In this document: positions 51,101 through 59,267 of the stretch, in pieces
How the letters are laid out: every line of letters begins with the position of its first letter
Numbering within the stretch: position 1 is the stretch's first letter
Source of the DNA: Clostridium sp.
GTDB lineage: Bacteria; Bacillota_I; Bacilli_A; RF39; UBA660
Direction of reading: 5' to 3'
Length of the DNA: 64,000 nt
Assembly: GCA_023665725.1 (NCBI GenBank)
Contig: JAMPDH010000002.1
Coordinates: forward strand, 7,893-71,892
Notes under the pieces: model-generated
The model's input: only the letters and a program-made list of their open reading frames with translations
Databases searched by the model: none
Told to the model about the DNA's origin: nothing
Made by a program: the position numbers and the translations under genes

Positions 51101-51398
51101 TTTTATCAACAGTTATCTGTCTTAGTGTTTCTAGTCTTGTATTTTTTAATTCAGGAGAAATTGCCAAGGCTTCACTATTTAAAAAACTATCCATTGGAAA
51201 TAATAAAGCATCTTGTGTATACGAAGATAACTCTTGGTAAAATTTATTAGCTTCATATAATGTACTCGTTACTACAAGCACGGATTTATTTGAAGATATA
51301 AAGTAATTATATATGTACAATGCTTTTAAAGGATTAGTTAAACCAATTATATTCACTGTACTTTCTTTTATATTGAAAAAATTATTAAATATTGACAC
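48114..51398 (-). CDS. mfd: transcription-repair coupling factor Mfd
   Basis: 1094 aa with an RNAP-interacting region (...GDYIVHYAHGIGRYLG), SF2 motifs GDVGYGKTE, DEEQRFG and QLRGRVGRS. GTG start. Confidence 0.95.
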   Translation of the reverse strand: MSIFNNFFNIKESTVNIIGLTNPLKALYIYNYFISSNKSVLVVTSTLYEANKFYQELSSYTQDALLFPMDSFLNSEALAISPELKNTRLETLRQITVDKKIVITNLMGYLRYLPTNDIFLSSKIELFTGLQYNKDTLIEKLISIGYMNDSVVEKTGSFASRGYIIDVFPISEKNPIRLEYWGDEIDNIREFDINTQLTIRKIESIVIYPNTEFLINSIIDTDKISQRMLPSYIEPTNIYGFMNKPFVFFNDYDAIIESKNDLEAEVYNYNLSINQNYNYMNNFNDINIKEFKNFINFDNAIHDSLSEVYQSKEIENFKGTIDEINKRLLGYINNNKTVIICFSDRFKVNKFLDNMENEFIIFTSENEIMQNKINVIIKNLKNGFECNNYIFISESEIYNKKNDDIKYKSHFTIGSKIHDINKLNVGDYIVHYAHGIGRYLGIKSLTKGSFKKDYLELEYKDGDKLYVPVEKIELINKYSANEGLEPKINKLGSTEWAKTKLKVRKKVESIAEDLLKLYAERESSYGIKFDSDSKEQIEFEKLFQYNETLDQLRVTEEIKKDMESFKPMDRLVCGDVGYGKTEIAFRAAFKAIISGYQVAMLCPTTILSSQHFNTALNRFSSFAINIRLLNRFTTTKETKKILEDLSTGRVDFVIGTHRVLSSDINFKKLGLLIIDEEQRFGVKHKEKIKSFKNNIDVLTLSATPIPRTLQMSMSGLRSLSLLETPPIDRYPVQTYVISQNDHIIKEAIYKELSRNGQVFILYNSVISIEKKLFELSKLVPDAKIAYIHGKMNKNDIEKVMLDFINRVYDVLLCTTIIESGIDIQNANTLIVFDADKFGLSQLYQLRGRVGRSNKIAYCYLMYDKYKVLSEVAIKRLNAIKEFTELGSGFSIAVRDLSIRGAGDILGSEQAGFVNSVGVELFLSMLNDEISRKKGEKVNSFENIPSTPLLDVSTSISDDYVSSESLKIEIHKMINSIDSYQTLEKVKSQIEDRFGHLSEEMNIYMHEELFEKKARELGIEKLNQTKNYIEVLLPPILCQKINIEQLFFKASELTRMFRFSMKNKNLSIVLDTVKLDKNYIFYLIDLCEVIKSLIN

Positions 51399-51416
51399 TT
51401 TTTCACCTCCAACACG

Positions 51417-51439
51417 ACAAAAAGATACCTATAAGTATC
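51417..51439 (-). terminator. short hairpin plus U5 between pth and mfd (weak terminator or attenuator)
   Basis: Minus strand reads GAUAC-UUAUAG-GUAUC followed by UUUUUG. It overlaps the pth stop. Confidence 0.35.
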
Positions 51440-51998
51440 ATTTACTATTATATTTATTCATCAATTTATCAAAATCATACATCAAATAATCATCAATTAT
51501 ATTAATTGAAATATCTATTATTTTATTTAAAACATTTAAATCATTTTTACTAAAAGTACCCAAAACATAATTTTTTGTCTCCTGTGTTTTGTCATTTGAT
51601 ATTCCAATCTTTAGTCTTTTATAAAACTGAGTATTTAAATTAAGTTCTATATTTTTAAGACCATTATGTCCGCCACTACTACCCTTATATTTTAATTTAT
51701 AAAATCCACAATTCAAATCTAAATCATCATTAATTATTAAAATATCATCAATATCTATTTTATAATAATCTACAAATTTTCTTATCACAGTACCAGATAA
51801 ATTCATATAACTTTGTGGTTTTAAAAAAATAACTTCTTTATCTTCTATAAAAACCTTACTATATAAACCATCAAACTTTTTTTTGTTAAAACTAAATTCG
51901 TGAAATTTAGCATACTTATCCAAAACCATGAAACCTATATTATGTCTTGTGTTTTCATATTCTTTTCCTGGATTTCCTAATCCAACTATTAACTTCAT
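51438..51998 (-). CDS. pth: peptidyl-tRNA hydrolase
   Basis: MKLIVGLGNPGKEYENTRHNIGF... Confidence 0.93.
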   Translation of the reverse strand: MKLIVGLGNPGKEYENTRHNIGFMVLDKYAKFHEFSFNKKKFDGLYSKVFIEDKEVIFLKPQSYMNLSGTVIRKFVDYYKIDIDDILIINDDLDLNCGFYKLKYKGSSGGHNGLKNIELNLNTQFYKRLKIGISNDKTQETKNYVLGTFSKNDLNVLNKIIDISINIIDDYLMYDFDKLMNKYNSK

Positions 51999-52005
51999 AT
52001 TCCAC

Positions 52006-52848
52006 CTACTTTTTTATTCCATGATATTCATTGTATACATCATTTTTTGTAATACCTCTTTCCTTTGCAACTCTTTTAATAGAATCCATCAAAGAAAAAC
52101 CTAATGACATAATGATATTTACATGTTCAGTAATTGTCAAATTTTCATAATTATCATTTTCTTTATTACCAGATACAACTATAACTAATTCTCCCTTTAC
52201 ATTTTCCATTTCCTTAACAACTTCATCTATATTACTTCTATATATTTCCTCGAATTTTTTACTTATTTCCCGAGAAATAGATATTTTCCTATTACCAAAA
52301 ACTTCTCTTATGTTTAATAAAGTTTTTTGTATTCGATGAGGGGCTTCATAAAAAATAATTGTGTAAGGAATATATTTCAAGTTTTGAAGTTCAGACTTTC
52401 TTTTACTTTCTTTATTGTTTAAAAAGCCATAAAATAAAAATGGCATAGGCGATAATCCCGACGTTATTATAGCCGGAACAAAGGCTGTTGCTCCAGGCAA
52501 ACCTACCACATTATATCCATTTTGAATAGCGCAGATTGCTAATCCAAAACCAGGATCACTAATTATTGGGGTACCTCTATCACTAACAAGTCCAACATCA
52601 TATCCCTTAGATAAATAATCTAGCAATTTACTTTGATTTTCTTCCTCATTAAATTTATGATTAGCAAATAATTTTTTCTTTATACCATGATAACTCAATA
52701 ATGCTGATGTCACCCTTGTATCTTCAGAAAAAATTACCTCTACTTGATTTAATATTTTTATAGCACGTAGTGTAATATCCTCCATATTTCCAATAGGGGT
52801 TGGAATTAAATATAAAGTTGGAGTTTTATCATAACTTTTCTGCGACAT
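52006..52848 (-). CDS. rsmI: 16S rRNA (cytidine1402-2'-O)-methyltransferase RsmI
   Basis: LYLIPTPIGNMEDITLRAIKIL...FSEDTR...YEAPHR. The start is trimmed to ATG at 52848 (AGGAGA 6 nt upstream). Confidence 0.9.
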   Translation of the reverse strand: MSQKSYDKTPTLYLIPTPIGNMEDITLRAIKILNQVEVIFSEDTRVTSALLSYHGIKKKLFANHKFNEEENQSKLLDYLSKGYDVGLVSDRGTPIISDPGFGLAICAIQNGYNVVGLPGATAFVPAIITSGLSPMPFLFYGFLNNKESKRKSELQNLKYIPYTIIFYEAPHRIQKTLLNIREVFGNRKISISREISKKFEEIYRSNIDEVVKEMENVKGELVIVVSGNKENDNYENLTITEHVNIIMSLGFSLMDSIKRVAKERGITKNDVYNEYHGIKK

Positions 52849-52858
52849 ATACATTCTC

Positions 52859-53578
52859 CTATTCAAAAAAATTTTTAACTATTTGCGTATAGTTTCCATT
52901 TTCTTCATGTACAATAAGGGGCGGTAATATCCTTATCCCCGGATTTCCATTTTTTCTTCCCTCTACAAGAATAATATTTGCTTCTTTACCTTTTTTGGGA
53001 TATACAAATTGCAGTTTTTTAGGTTCAATATTATTATTTTTCATAGTTTCAAATATTTCTAACATTCTTTCAGGTCTATGTACAATCGCAACTACACCAT
53101 TATTTTTCAATAATTTTTTAGATATTCTAAATATATCATTTAAGTTAAGTGTAAGCTCATGTCTAGCAAATGTTTTATGTATATCCCTTTTATAAAGAGA
53201 ATTCTCCATAACTTTAAAAAAAGGGGGATTACAAGTTATTACATCAAAAAATTCATGATCAAATTCTTTTTCATATTCATTTATATCTTTATTTAATATA
53301 CTAATCTGTGATTCTAAATTATTTATTTTAACAGATTTAATAGCTAAATTATAAACTTCTTTTTGAATTTCAACGCCGATAATATTAGCATTAGTTTTTG
53401 TAGATAAAATTAATGGTATAGGAGCATTTCCGCAGCCTATATCTAATATATTGGATATATTTTTATTTATTGTAACAAAATTAGGTAAAAGTATTGAGTC
53501 CAACGAAAAGTTAAACATTTCTGTATTTTGTACAATATTTATATTATTTTTTTTCAATAAATAATTAGTTACTTCCAT
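52859..53578 (-). CDS. trmN6: tRNA (adenine-N6)-methyltransferase, TrmN6/YabB-like
   Basis: DIGCGNAPIPL (motif I), ITCNPPFF (NPPF). It occupies the yabB position after ricT. Confidence 0.7.
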   Translation of the reverse strand: MEVTNYLLKKNNINIVQNTEMFNFSLDSILLPNFVTINKNISNILDIGCGNAPIPLILSTKTNANIIGVEIQKEVYNLAIKSVKINNLESQISILNKDINEYEKEFDHEFFDVITCNPPFFKVMENSLYKRDIHKTFARHELTLNLNDIFRISKKLLKNNGVVAIVHRPERMLEIFETMKNNNIEPKKLQFVYPKKGKEANIILVEGRKNGNPGIRILPPLIVHEENGNYTQIVKNFFE

Positions 53579-54356
53579 TTAATATTTCCTCTATTATACC
53601 TACTTTATCAATTTCTACTTTATAAGTTTGATTTATTATATTTAATTCAACTACCTTTCCTGTACCATCTTTTGTTTTTACAATATCTCCAATTTTAGGA
53701 AGTTTTTTTCTATACTCCGTGTAATTATCATTTTCATATGACAAACAACATAATAACCTATTGCATAATCCATTAATTTTACTTGGATTCAATGAAACAT
53801 TTTGATTTTTTGCCATATTTATAGATACAGAATCAAGATTTTTTAAAAACTTATTACAACAAAGACTTCTTCCACATTGACCACATCCACCAATTTCCTT
53901 TGCTTTATCCCTAGATCCAATTTGTCTTAATTCAATCCTAGTTCTATATTTTGTGGCAAGTTCCTTAGCTAAATTTCTAAAATCAACTCGTGTTTCTGAT
54001 AAAAATCTAAACAAGAGTTTATCTCTATCAAATGTGTATGTTGCATCTAATAGCCTTATTTGCAAATTTTGCTTAATAGCTATTTTTTTTGCATATATTA
54101 ATGCAGAATGTGCTTCCTTGATATTTTTATAGTGTTTATCTAAATCCCTTTTATCAGCAAGTCTTAAAATTGGTTTTAGTTTTCCTTTTATTTTATTTTT
54201 TTCTATTTTAAATAATGGTTTTGAAACATTTGCATATTGTAGTCCTTTTTCTGTTTCTACTATAACCCCATCACCAATTTTTAATTTTAAATTATTAGGT
54301 TCAAAATAATATACTTGTCCATCATTTTTAAATGTAATTCCTACAACTTCAATCAT
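53565..54356 (-). CDS. ricT: PSP1-domain protein RicT (YaaT)
   Basis: ...YYFEPNNLKLKIGDGVIVETEKGLQYA... and a Cys cluster GGCGQCGRSLCC...LCNRLLCC. Confidence 0.85.
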   Translation of the reverse strand: MIEVVGITFKNDGQVYYFEPNNLKLKIGDGVIVETEKGLQYANVSKPLFKIEKNKIKGKLKPILRLADKRDLDKHYKNIKEAHSALIYAKKIAIKQNLQIRLLDATYTFDRDKLLFRFLSETRVDFRNLAKELATKYRTRIELRQIGSRDKAKEIGGCGQCGRSLCCNKFLKNLDSVSINMAKNQNVSLNPSKINGLCNRLLCCLSYENDNYTEYRKKLPKIGDIVKTKDGTGKVVELNIINQTYKVEIDKVGIIEEILNGSN

Positions 54357-55279
54357 TTTATTCCCCCTACATCTATTATAAACTTGTCCAACAATAAATT
54401 TAAATTTAAATTATATTTTATTTTATCTTTAAAATTTATTGCTAAATCAAGCATTTTTATAATTTTAGCATTGTATTTATTTAAATTCGAGTTTTCCTTC
54501 TCATTAAGTCCATGCTGAAGTTCTTCTTTTAATAATAATATCATTATATTAAAAGCTAAAATGAACTCTTCTTTTGTATTAAAAAATTTATACCATTTTT
54601 CAGATGTATATGCAAGTGAATGTATACCCTTTGTATTTAATAAATATAAAAAATCTTTAATTGCCTGTATTTTATTTTCTATATTATTTTCTTCAAGAAA
54701 TTTTGCCTGATCACTTTTCGATATAGACATCATATTAGTAATATTATCTAATATATCTATTTCTTTATCCGTATTTCCTGCTAAAGATATAATTTGGCAT
54801 CGTGATAAAATAGTATTTAATAATAGATTTTTATTAGACGTTACTAAGATTGCAATTATATTTTTTTCTGGCTCCTCTAAAAATTTTAATAATGATGCTG
54901 AGGAGGAAGCATTTAATTTTTCTGCCTCATCTATTATACAAATTTTAAATGAAGATTCTATAGATTTCTTGCTAAATTGTTCTTGTAAATTAATTATTTG
55001 TTCCTTTTTAATTTGAAGTCCATCACTTTTTAAAATATAAAGTTCAGAAAAGCAACCATCGTCTATTCTTTTACATTGTGTACATTTTACACATTTTTTA
55101 TTATTTGTTCTATTTAAAGGACATAGCAAAAATTTTGCAAAGGATAATGCAAAACCAAATGAACGCATATTGTTACTAGATTCTACTAAATATGCATGTG
55201 ATATCCTATTTTTTTTAACAGAATTTGTTATCATTTTATAAGCTATTTTTTGATTTGATAAATAATCATCTAACATCAT
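54353..55279 (-). CDS. holB: DNA polymerase III delta' subunit
   Basis: ...RISHAYLVES...zinc-module Cys (CVKCTQC)...IIDEAEKLN...SRCQ. Confidence 0.85.
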   Translation of the reverse strand: MMLDDYLSNQKIAYKMITNSVKKNRISHAYLVESSNNMRSFGFALSFAKFLLCPLNRTNNKKCVKCTQCKRIDDGCFSELYILKSDGLQIKKEQIINLQEQFSKKSIESSFKICIIDEAEKLNASSSASLLKFLEEPEKNIIAILVTSNKNLLLNTILSRCQIISLAGNTDKEIDILDNITNMMSISKSDQAKFLEENNIENKIQAIKDFLYLLNTKGIHSLAYTSEKWYKFFNTKEEFILAFNIMILLLKEELQHGLNEKENSNLNKYNAKIIKMLDLAINFKDKIKYNLNLNLLLDKFIIDVGGIK

Positions 55280-55289
55280 AAAATCTCCT

Positions 55290-55487
55290 TCAAAAAACTA
55301 GTAAAAAAATTACTATAAAACTACATAATGCAGGAACTCCAAATATAGTGACAAAACATACAGTAATCAAATTTATAGGAATTAAAACTCCTAATGGTGC
55401 TGCAATAAGGTTATATCCATATAACAAAAAACATGATAATACAATTTTTTTTAATATTTTAAATATTTTTTTCAACATTTTGTCCAC
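55290..55487 (-). CDS. bofA: BofA-family pro-sigma-K processing inhibitor
   Basis: 65 aa with two TM segments. PLGVLIPINLITVCFVTIFGVPALCSFIV aligns with B. subtilis BofA ...LGIHVPINLVTTAISGILGIPG... It occupies the same position after recR. Confidence 0.7.
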   Translation of the reverse strand: MDKMLKKIFKILKKIVLSCFLLYGYNLIAAPLGVLIPINLITVCFVTIFGVPALCSFIVIFLLVF

Positions 55488-55517
55488 CTCAATATAAATT
55501 ATGTTGAAAAAATTATA

Positions 55518-56120
55518 TTATTCTGATATTTGAGTTCTATTATCAAATGCAAGTTCTAATGTCAATGCATCTAAATAATCCATATCGGCACCTATCGGAA
55601 CTCCATGAGCAATCTTTGAAATAGTTACTCCAGGCTTGCTCAAAATTTTAGATATATAACGTGCAGTTGTTTCTCCCTCAACACTGGGTTTAACTGCAAT
55701 CACAACTTCTTTTATATTTTCCCTTTTTACTCTTTCAACTATATTTGAAATATTAATATCCTCTGGTGTTATCCCATCAAGTGGCGATATTAAACCTCCA
55801 AGTACATGATACTTTCCATTAAAAACCCCAAATTTTTCTAATGTTATTATATTTTTTGGTTCCTCTACAATACATAAAGTACTACAATTACGTGAACTAT
55901 CCTTGCAGATTTCACAATAATCATCTTCTGAAAAATTGTTGCATATTTTACACCTTTTAATTTTAGTATTAATTGCTAAAATATTTTCCGCAAAAAAACT
56001 GATAATATCATCATCCAAATTTAGTAAAGAAAGTGCCATTCTTTCTGCAGATTTTTCACCTATTCCTGGCAACTTTCTAAAACATTCTATCAAATTATTT
56101 ATTGTTGCAGGATACCCCAT
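55518..56120 (-). CDS. recR: recombination protein RecR
   Basis: ...LPGIGEKSAERMA...C4 zinc finger CKICNNFSEDDYCEIC...Toprim. Confidence 0.93.
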   Translation of the reverse strand: MGYPATINNLIECFRKLPGIGEKSAERMALSLLNLDDDIISFFAENILAINTKIKRCKICNNFSEDDYCEICKDSSRNCSTLCIVEEPKNIITLEKFGVFNGKYHVLGGLISPLDGITPEDINISNIVERVKRENIKEVVIAVKPSVEGETTARYISKILSKPGVTISKIAHGVPIGADMDYLDALTLELAFDNRTQISE

Positions 56121-56416
56121 TAAAATAACCCCGGCATTCCTTTTGTATATTTTCCTAATTTTTCTTCTGTGATTTTATCTACCTGTTCAAAAGCATTATT
56201 TAATGCTATAACTAACATATCCTCTAACATTTCAACATCATCTTCTTTTAAATTTTTTTCTAATATTTTAACTTCTAATACTTTCTTTTCACCTGATACC
56301 TTAACATGTACAAATGAAGATTCCCCTGTAAAAGTGGTTTCATCTATTTCTTTCTTTGCTTTCATCATGTCCGCTTGTAATTTCTGCATTTGCTTTGCCA
56401 TTGCTTGTATATTCAT
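56120..56416 (-). CDS. ybaB: nucleoid-associated protein YbaB/EbfC
   Basis: 98 aa lying between dnaX and recR, ending ...GMPGLF. Confidence 0.88.
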   Translation of the reverse strand: MNIQAMAKQMQKLQADMMKAKKEIDETTFTGESSFVHVKVSGEKKVLEVKILEKNLKEDDVEMLEDMLVIALNNAFEQVDKITEEKLGKYTKGMPGLF

Positions 56417-56432
56417 ATTATCCCTCTTTCTA

Positions 56433-58139
56433 CTATATATATTCTATACAGTCACTAAATTTATCTTGTATTTCATTAGTGCTATTTGTTTTTTTTTCAT
56501 AAATATCTGTCTCTGATATAGTTTCTAAATCATATATATACTGTCTTTGCTTACTATTAAATTCATTTTTAATTTTATCCCATTCTTTAATAGATGTGGA
56601 AATCATCTTTCTATTATCTAATGTAACACTATTATAAATCTTTTCCAATATTGGAATATGTTCATTAAATGAATCAGATATTGATTTTTCAGAAAACACA
56701 AATATTATGCATTCATCACTAGTAGCTTTTATTTGTGAATCTATAAACATAGAAATATATTGTCCATAATTAGAAGTTACAATATATGATTTTAAATCTT
56801 CTATTTTTTCCTTTACTTCTGATATTTGTTTTTTATTTAACTTTGCTAAAGTATTATTTATTCTTTGATCTTTAAATTTTTTATATAACTCTTCATTTTT
56901 AATTATGAATTCACAGAGCATTTCATCACTAAAAACTTTTTCTTTATTTGCTAAGGTTTTATTATTAAAACCGGGTTTGTGTAAATTGTACGCATTATCG
57001 TTTTTAGTTATTACATCTGCTACTTTTTCATTCATATTATTAGAATCTAAAACTTCACTTTTAATTAAATCCATAATTTTAATTAACGAAAGTTCAAGAA
57101 GTAACTTTGGATTTGTAGATGAAGATATATTAGGTAATGAATCAATTAATATTTCAATACATTCTAATAATGTATTATTCGTCATGTTTGGTAATGATTC
57201 ATACAAAGTGACATCATTGACAATTGTTTTTAGATACTCAGGTGTTTCTTTACTTACTACTTTTTTTTCTAAAATATCCATAATTTTTTCAGTAAATTTT
57301 TTAATATTTATGCCTTTATCATCATACTCTTGAAGTAAAAATAATACATTATGCATATCAAAATTTAATAAATTGTTAACAAATTGAATAGTTGATTGTA
57401 AATCTAGTGTACCGCTTACCTCATGTATATGATCTAAAGTAATAGTTTCCTCTACATCCACATAAGAAGATACTTGGTCAAGTAAATTTATTGAATCTCT
57501 CATACCTCCATCACTTATTGATGCTATTTCATGTAAAGCATCTGCTTTTATAAGTATATTTTCTTCTTTGCAGATATATTTCAATCTTTCGACTATATCA
57601 TTAATTGATATTTTTTTAAAATCAAATCTTTGACATCTAGATAAAATTGTAACTGGTATTTTATGAGGTTCTGTTGTTGCCAAAATAAATATTACATGAG
57701 CAGGTGGTTCTTCCAAAGTTTTTAATAACGCATTAAAAGCCCCCATAGTCAGCATATGCACTTCATCAATTATATATATTTTGTATTTTCCATACGTTGG
57801 TGAAAGAAGCACCTTATTTCGTATTTCCCTTATTTCATCTACACCATTATTTGAGGCAGCATCTATTTCTATTATATCGGTATTTTGTTTTAAATTTATC
57901 TGTTTACAACTTATACATTTATTGCAAGGTTCAGAATTATTAACCGAACTGCAATTAATAGTTTTAGCAAATGCTTTGGCAATACTAGTTTTACCTGTTC
58001 CCCTAGGTCCCGCAAATAAATATGCATGACTAATTTTATTGTTTTTTATAGAATTTTTTAAAGTATTTATAATTACACTTTGACCTGCAACATCTGATAG
58101 TGATTTTGGTCTATATTTTCTATATAATGCTTGATACAT
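56433..58139 (-). CDS. dnaX: DNA polymerase III subunit gamma/tau
   Basis: YRKYRPKSLSDVAGQ...GPRGTGKTS...zinc module CNKCISC...IDEVHML...SRCQRF. Confidence 0.95.
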   Translation of the reverse strand: MYQALYRKYRPKSLSDVAGQSVIINTLKNSIKNNKISHAYLFAGPRGTGKTSIAKAFAKTINCSSVNNSEPCNKCISCKQINLKQNTDIIEIDAASNNGVDEIREIRNKVLLSPTYGKYKIYIIDEVHMLTMGAFNALLKTLEEPPAHVIFILATTEPHKIPVTILSRCQRFDFKKISINDIVERLKYICKEENILIKADALHEIASISDGGMRDSINLLDQVSSYVDVEETITLDHIHEVSGTLDLQSTIQFVNNLLNFDMHNVLFLLQEYDDKGINIKKFTEKIMDILEKKVVSKETPEYLKTIVNDVTLYESLPNMTNNTLLECIEILIDSLPNISSSTNPKLLLELSLIKIMDLIKSEVLDSNNMNEKVADVITKNDNAYNLHKPGFNNKTLANKEKVFSDEMLCEFIIKNEELYKKFKDQRINNTLAKLNKKQISEVKEKIEDLKSYIVTSNYGQYISMFIDSQIKATSDECIIFVFSEKSISDSFNEHIPILEKIYNSVTLDNRKMISTSIKEWDKIKNEFNSKQRQYIYDLETISETDIYEKKTNSTNEIQDKFSDCIEYI

Positions 58140-58191
58140 GCTATCACCTCATACATAATATTATAACATTAAATTTAATGATGAAACATAA

Positions 58192-58608
58192 TTATCTTTT
58201 TGTTTTAAAAAAACTTTTCAATAATTCTAAAGATTCATCCTTGTACAATCCTTCTTGTACTATTATTCCTTTAGAATTCATTTTACTAAGGTATCCAAAA
58301 GATTCGTTTTTTATTGAATAACTTATTTTTTTAATTCGAGATTGCAATATTGCACCTGTACACATCATACAAGGTTCCATTGTAGAATATAATTCACACT
58401 CTTCCAAATGCCATGATTTTATTTTTTTACATGCTTTATTTATTGCAATTATCTCTGCATGATTTGTTGCATTGTTATTTTTTTCTTTTTTATTATGTGC
58501 TTTTGATATTATTTTATTATTTTTAACTATTACTGCTCCTACTGGTACATCACCATGCTTATATGCTATTTTTGCTTCTTCCAACGCTAATTTCATATAT
58601 TCTTTCAA
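58192..58608 (-). CDS. tadA: tRNA-specific adenosine deaminase
   Basis: ...VPVGAVIV...HAEIIAI...PCMMCTGAI... Probable TTG start 6 nt after AGGTGA. Confidence 0.9.
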   Translation of the reverse strand: MKEYMKLALEEAKIAYKHGDVPVGAVIVKNNKIISKAHNKKEKNNNATNHAEIIAINKACKKIKSWHLEECELYSTMEPCMMCTGAILQSRIKKISYSIKNESFGYLSKMNSKGIIVQEGLYKDESLELLKSFFKTKR

Positions 58609-58629
58609 AATATATCACCTAAATTCAAA

Positions 58630-58704
58630 AAAAGCACACGTATTAAGAGGTTCTTAAGGCTGCTGTCTTCCGACTCTGACCTAGTTCAAACATAAATACT
58701 GTGC
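58630..58704 (-). ncRNA. ffs: signal recognition particle RNA, short (4.5S-like) form
   Basis: Minus strand reads GCACAGUAUUUAUGUUUGAACUAGGUCAGAGUCGGAAGACAGCAGCCUUAAGAACCUCUUAAUACGUGUGCUUUUUUU. It contains the conserved domain IV core GGUCAG.GUC-GGAA-GAC.AGCAGCC with a GGAA tetraloop. The 5' GCACA pairs with the 3' UGUGC. A U7 tail follows and a good promoter lies just upstream. This is the only GC-richer patch in the intergenic region. Confidence 0.7.
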
Positions 58705-58710
58705 ATTATA

Positions 58711-58739
58711 AATATACAATATATACTAATTTATTGCAA
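58711..58739 (-). promoter_or_regulatory. sigma-A type promoter for the SRP RNA gene (TTGCAA-17-TATATT)
   Basis: On the minus strand, TTGCAA lies at 58739-58734 and TATATT at 58716-58711. The predicted +1 falls about 6-7 nt downstream, at the G that opens the closing helix of the RNA. Confidence 0.5.
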
Positions 58740-58896
58740 GAAAATATTACCTATATTATTCTTATATATTGTATGTAGCCTAATAATTAATTACCTATTA
58801 TTTATAAATATTATTATATATTTAACAATTGTTTTATATCATTACATATTATATTTAATATTTATATTACTATATTAATCTATATCTTTTATTCAA

Positions 58897-58912
58897 TGTT
58901 TCACGTGAAACA
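58897..58912. promoter_or_regulatory. parS: parS centromere-like ParB binding site, copy 1 (perfect palindrome)
   Basis: TGTTTCACGTGAAACA matches the consensus TGTTNCACGTGAAACA at all 15 specified positions. The palindrome extends to 22 bp, CAATGTTTCACGTGAAACATTG (58894-58915). Confidence 0.8.
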
Positions 58913-59070
58913 TTGATATATATTTATCTTCTAATTATCTATTATTTATCATTTGATAAGAACTTACTTGTTATTTATAATATGTTATTATATGTTTAAC
59001 AATTATTTTATATCATTACATATTATATTTAATATTTATATTACTATATTAATCTATATCTTTTATTCAA

Positions 59071-59086
59071 TGTTTCACGTGAAACA
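59071..59086. promoter_or_regulatory. parS: parS centromere-like ParB binding site, copy 2 (perfect palindrome)
   Basis: An identical 22-bp palindrome lies at 59068-59089, 174 bp from copy 1. Confidence 0.8.
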
Positions 59087-59235
59087 TTGATATATATTTA
59101 TCTTTTAATTATCTATTATTTATCATTTGATAAGAACTTACTTGTTATTTATAATATGTTATTATATGTTCAATTACTGTTTTATTATATATTAATATTA
59201 AGCATTTTTATTAGTAATATATAATTTTAAATTAA

Positions 59236-59267
59236 TTATAAAAAAGAAGAAAATATTAATTTTCTTC
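59236..59267 (-). terminator. rho-independent terminator after gyrA
   Basis: Minus strand reads GAAGAAAAU-UAAU-AUUUUCUUC (9-bp stem; the loop contains the gyrA TAA stop) followed by UUUUUUAU. Confidence 0.6.

Larger units (their letters stand above)
58798..59175. repeat. tandem direct repeat, ~173-174 bp unit, two full copies plus ~30 nt of a third
   Basis: Unit A (58798-58970) and unit B (58971-59144) are near-identical by eye, with about 2 substitutions over the last ~150 nt. 59145-59175 restarts the unit (TTATTTATAATATGTTATTATATGTT...). Confidence 0.85.

Noticed and set aside
58798-59175. The tandem repeat as a possible CRISPR array.
   Set aside because: The units abut directly with no unique spacers. 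The unit length (~173 bp) is far above CRISPR repeat size. There are only about 2.2 copies and no cas genes in the window.
58709-59255. The large AT-rich intergenic region as oriC or a DnaA-box cluster.
   Set aside because: I found no TTATCCACA/TGTGGATAA boxes or close variants. TTATCATTT in the repeat has four mismatches. dnaA/dnaN are expected beyond recF to the right of the window.
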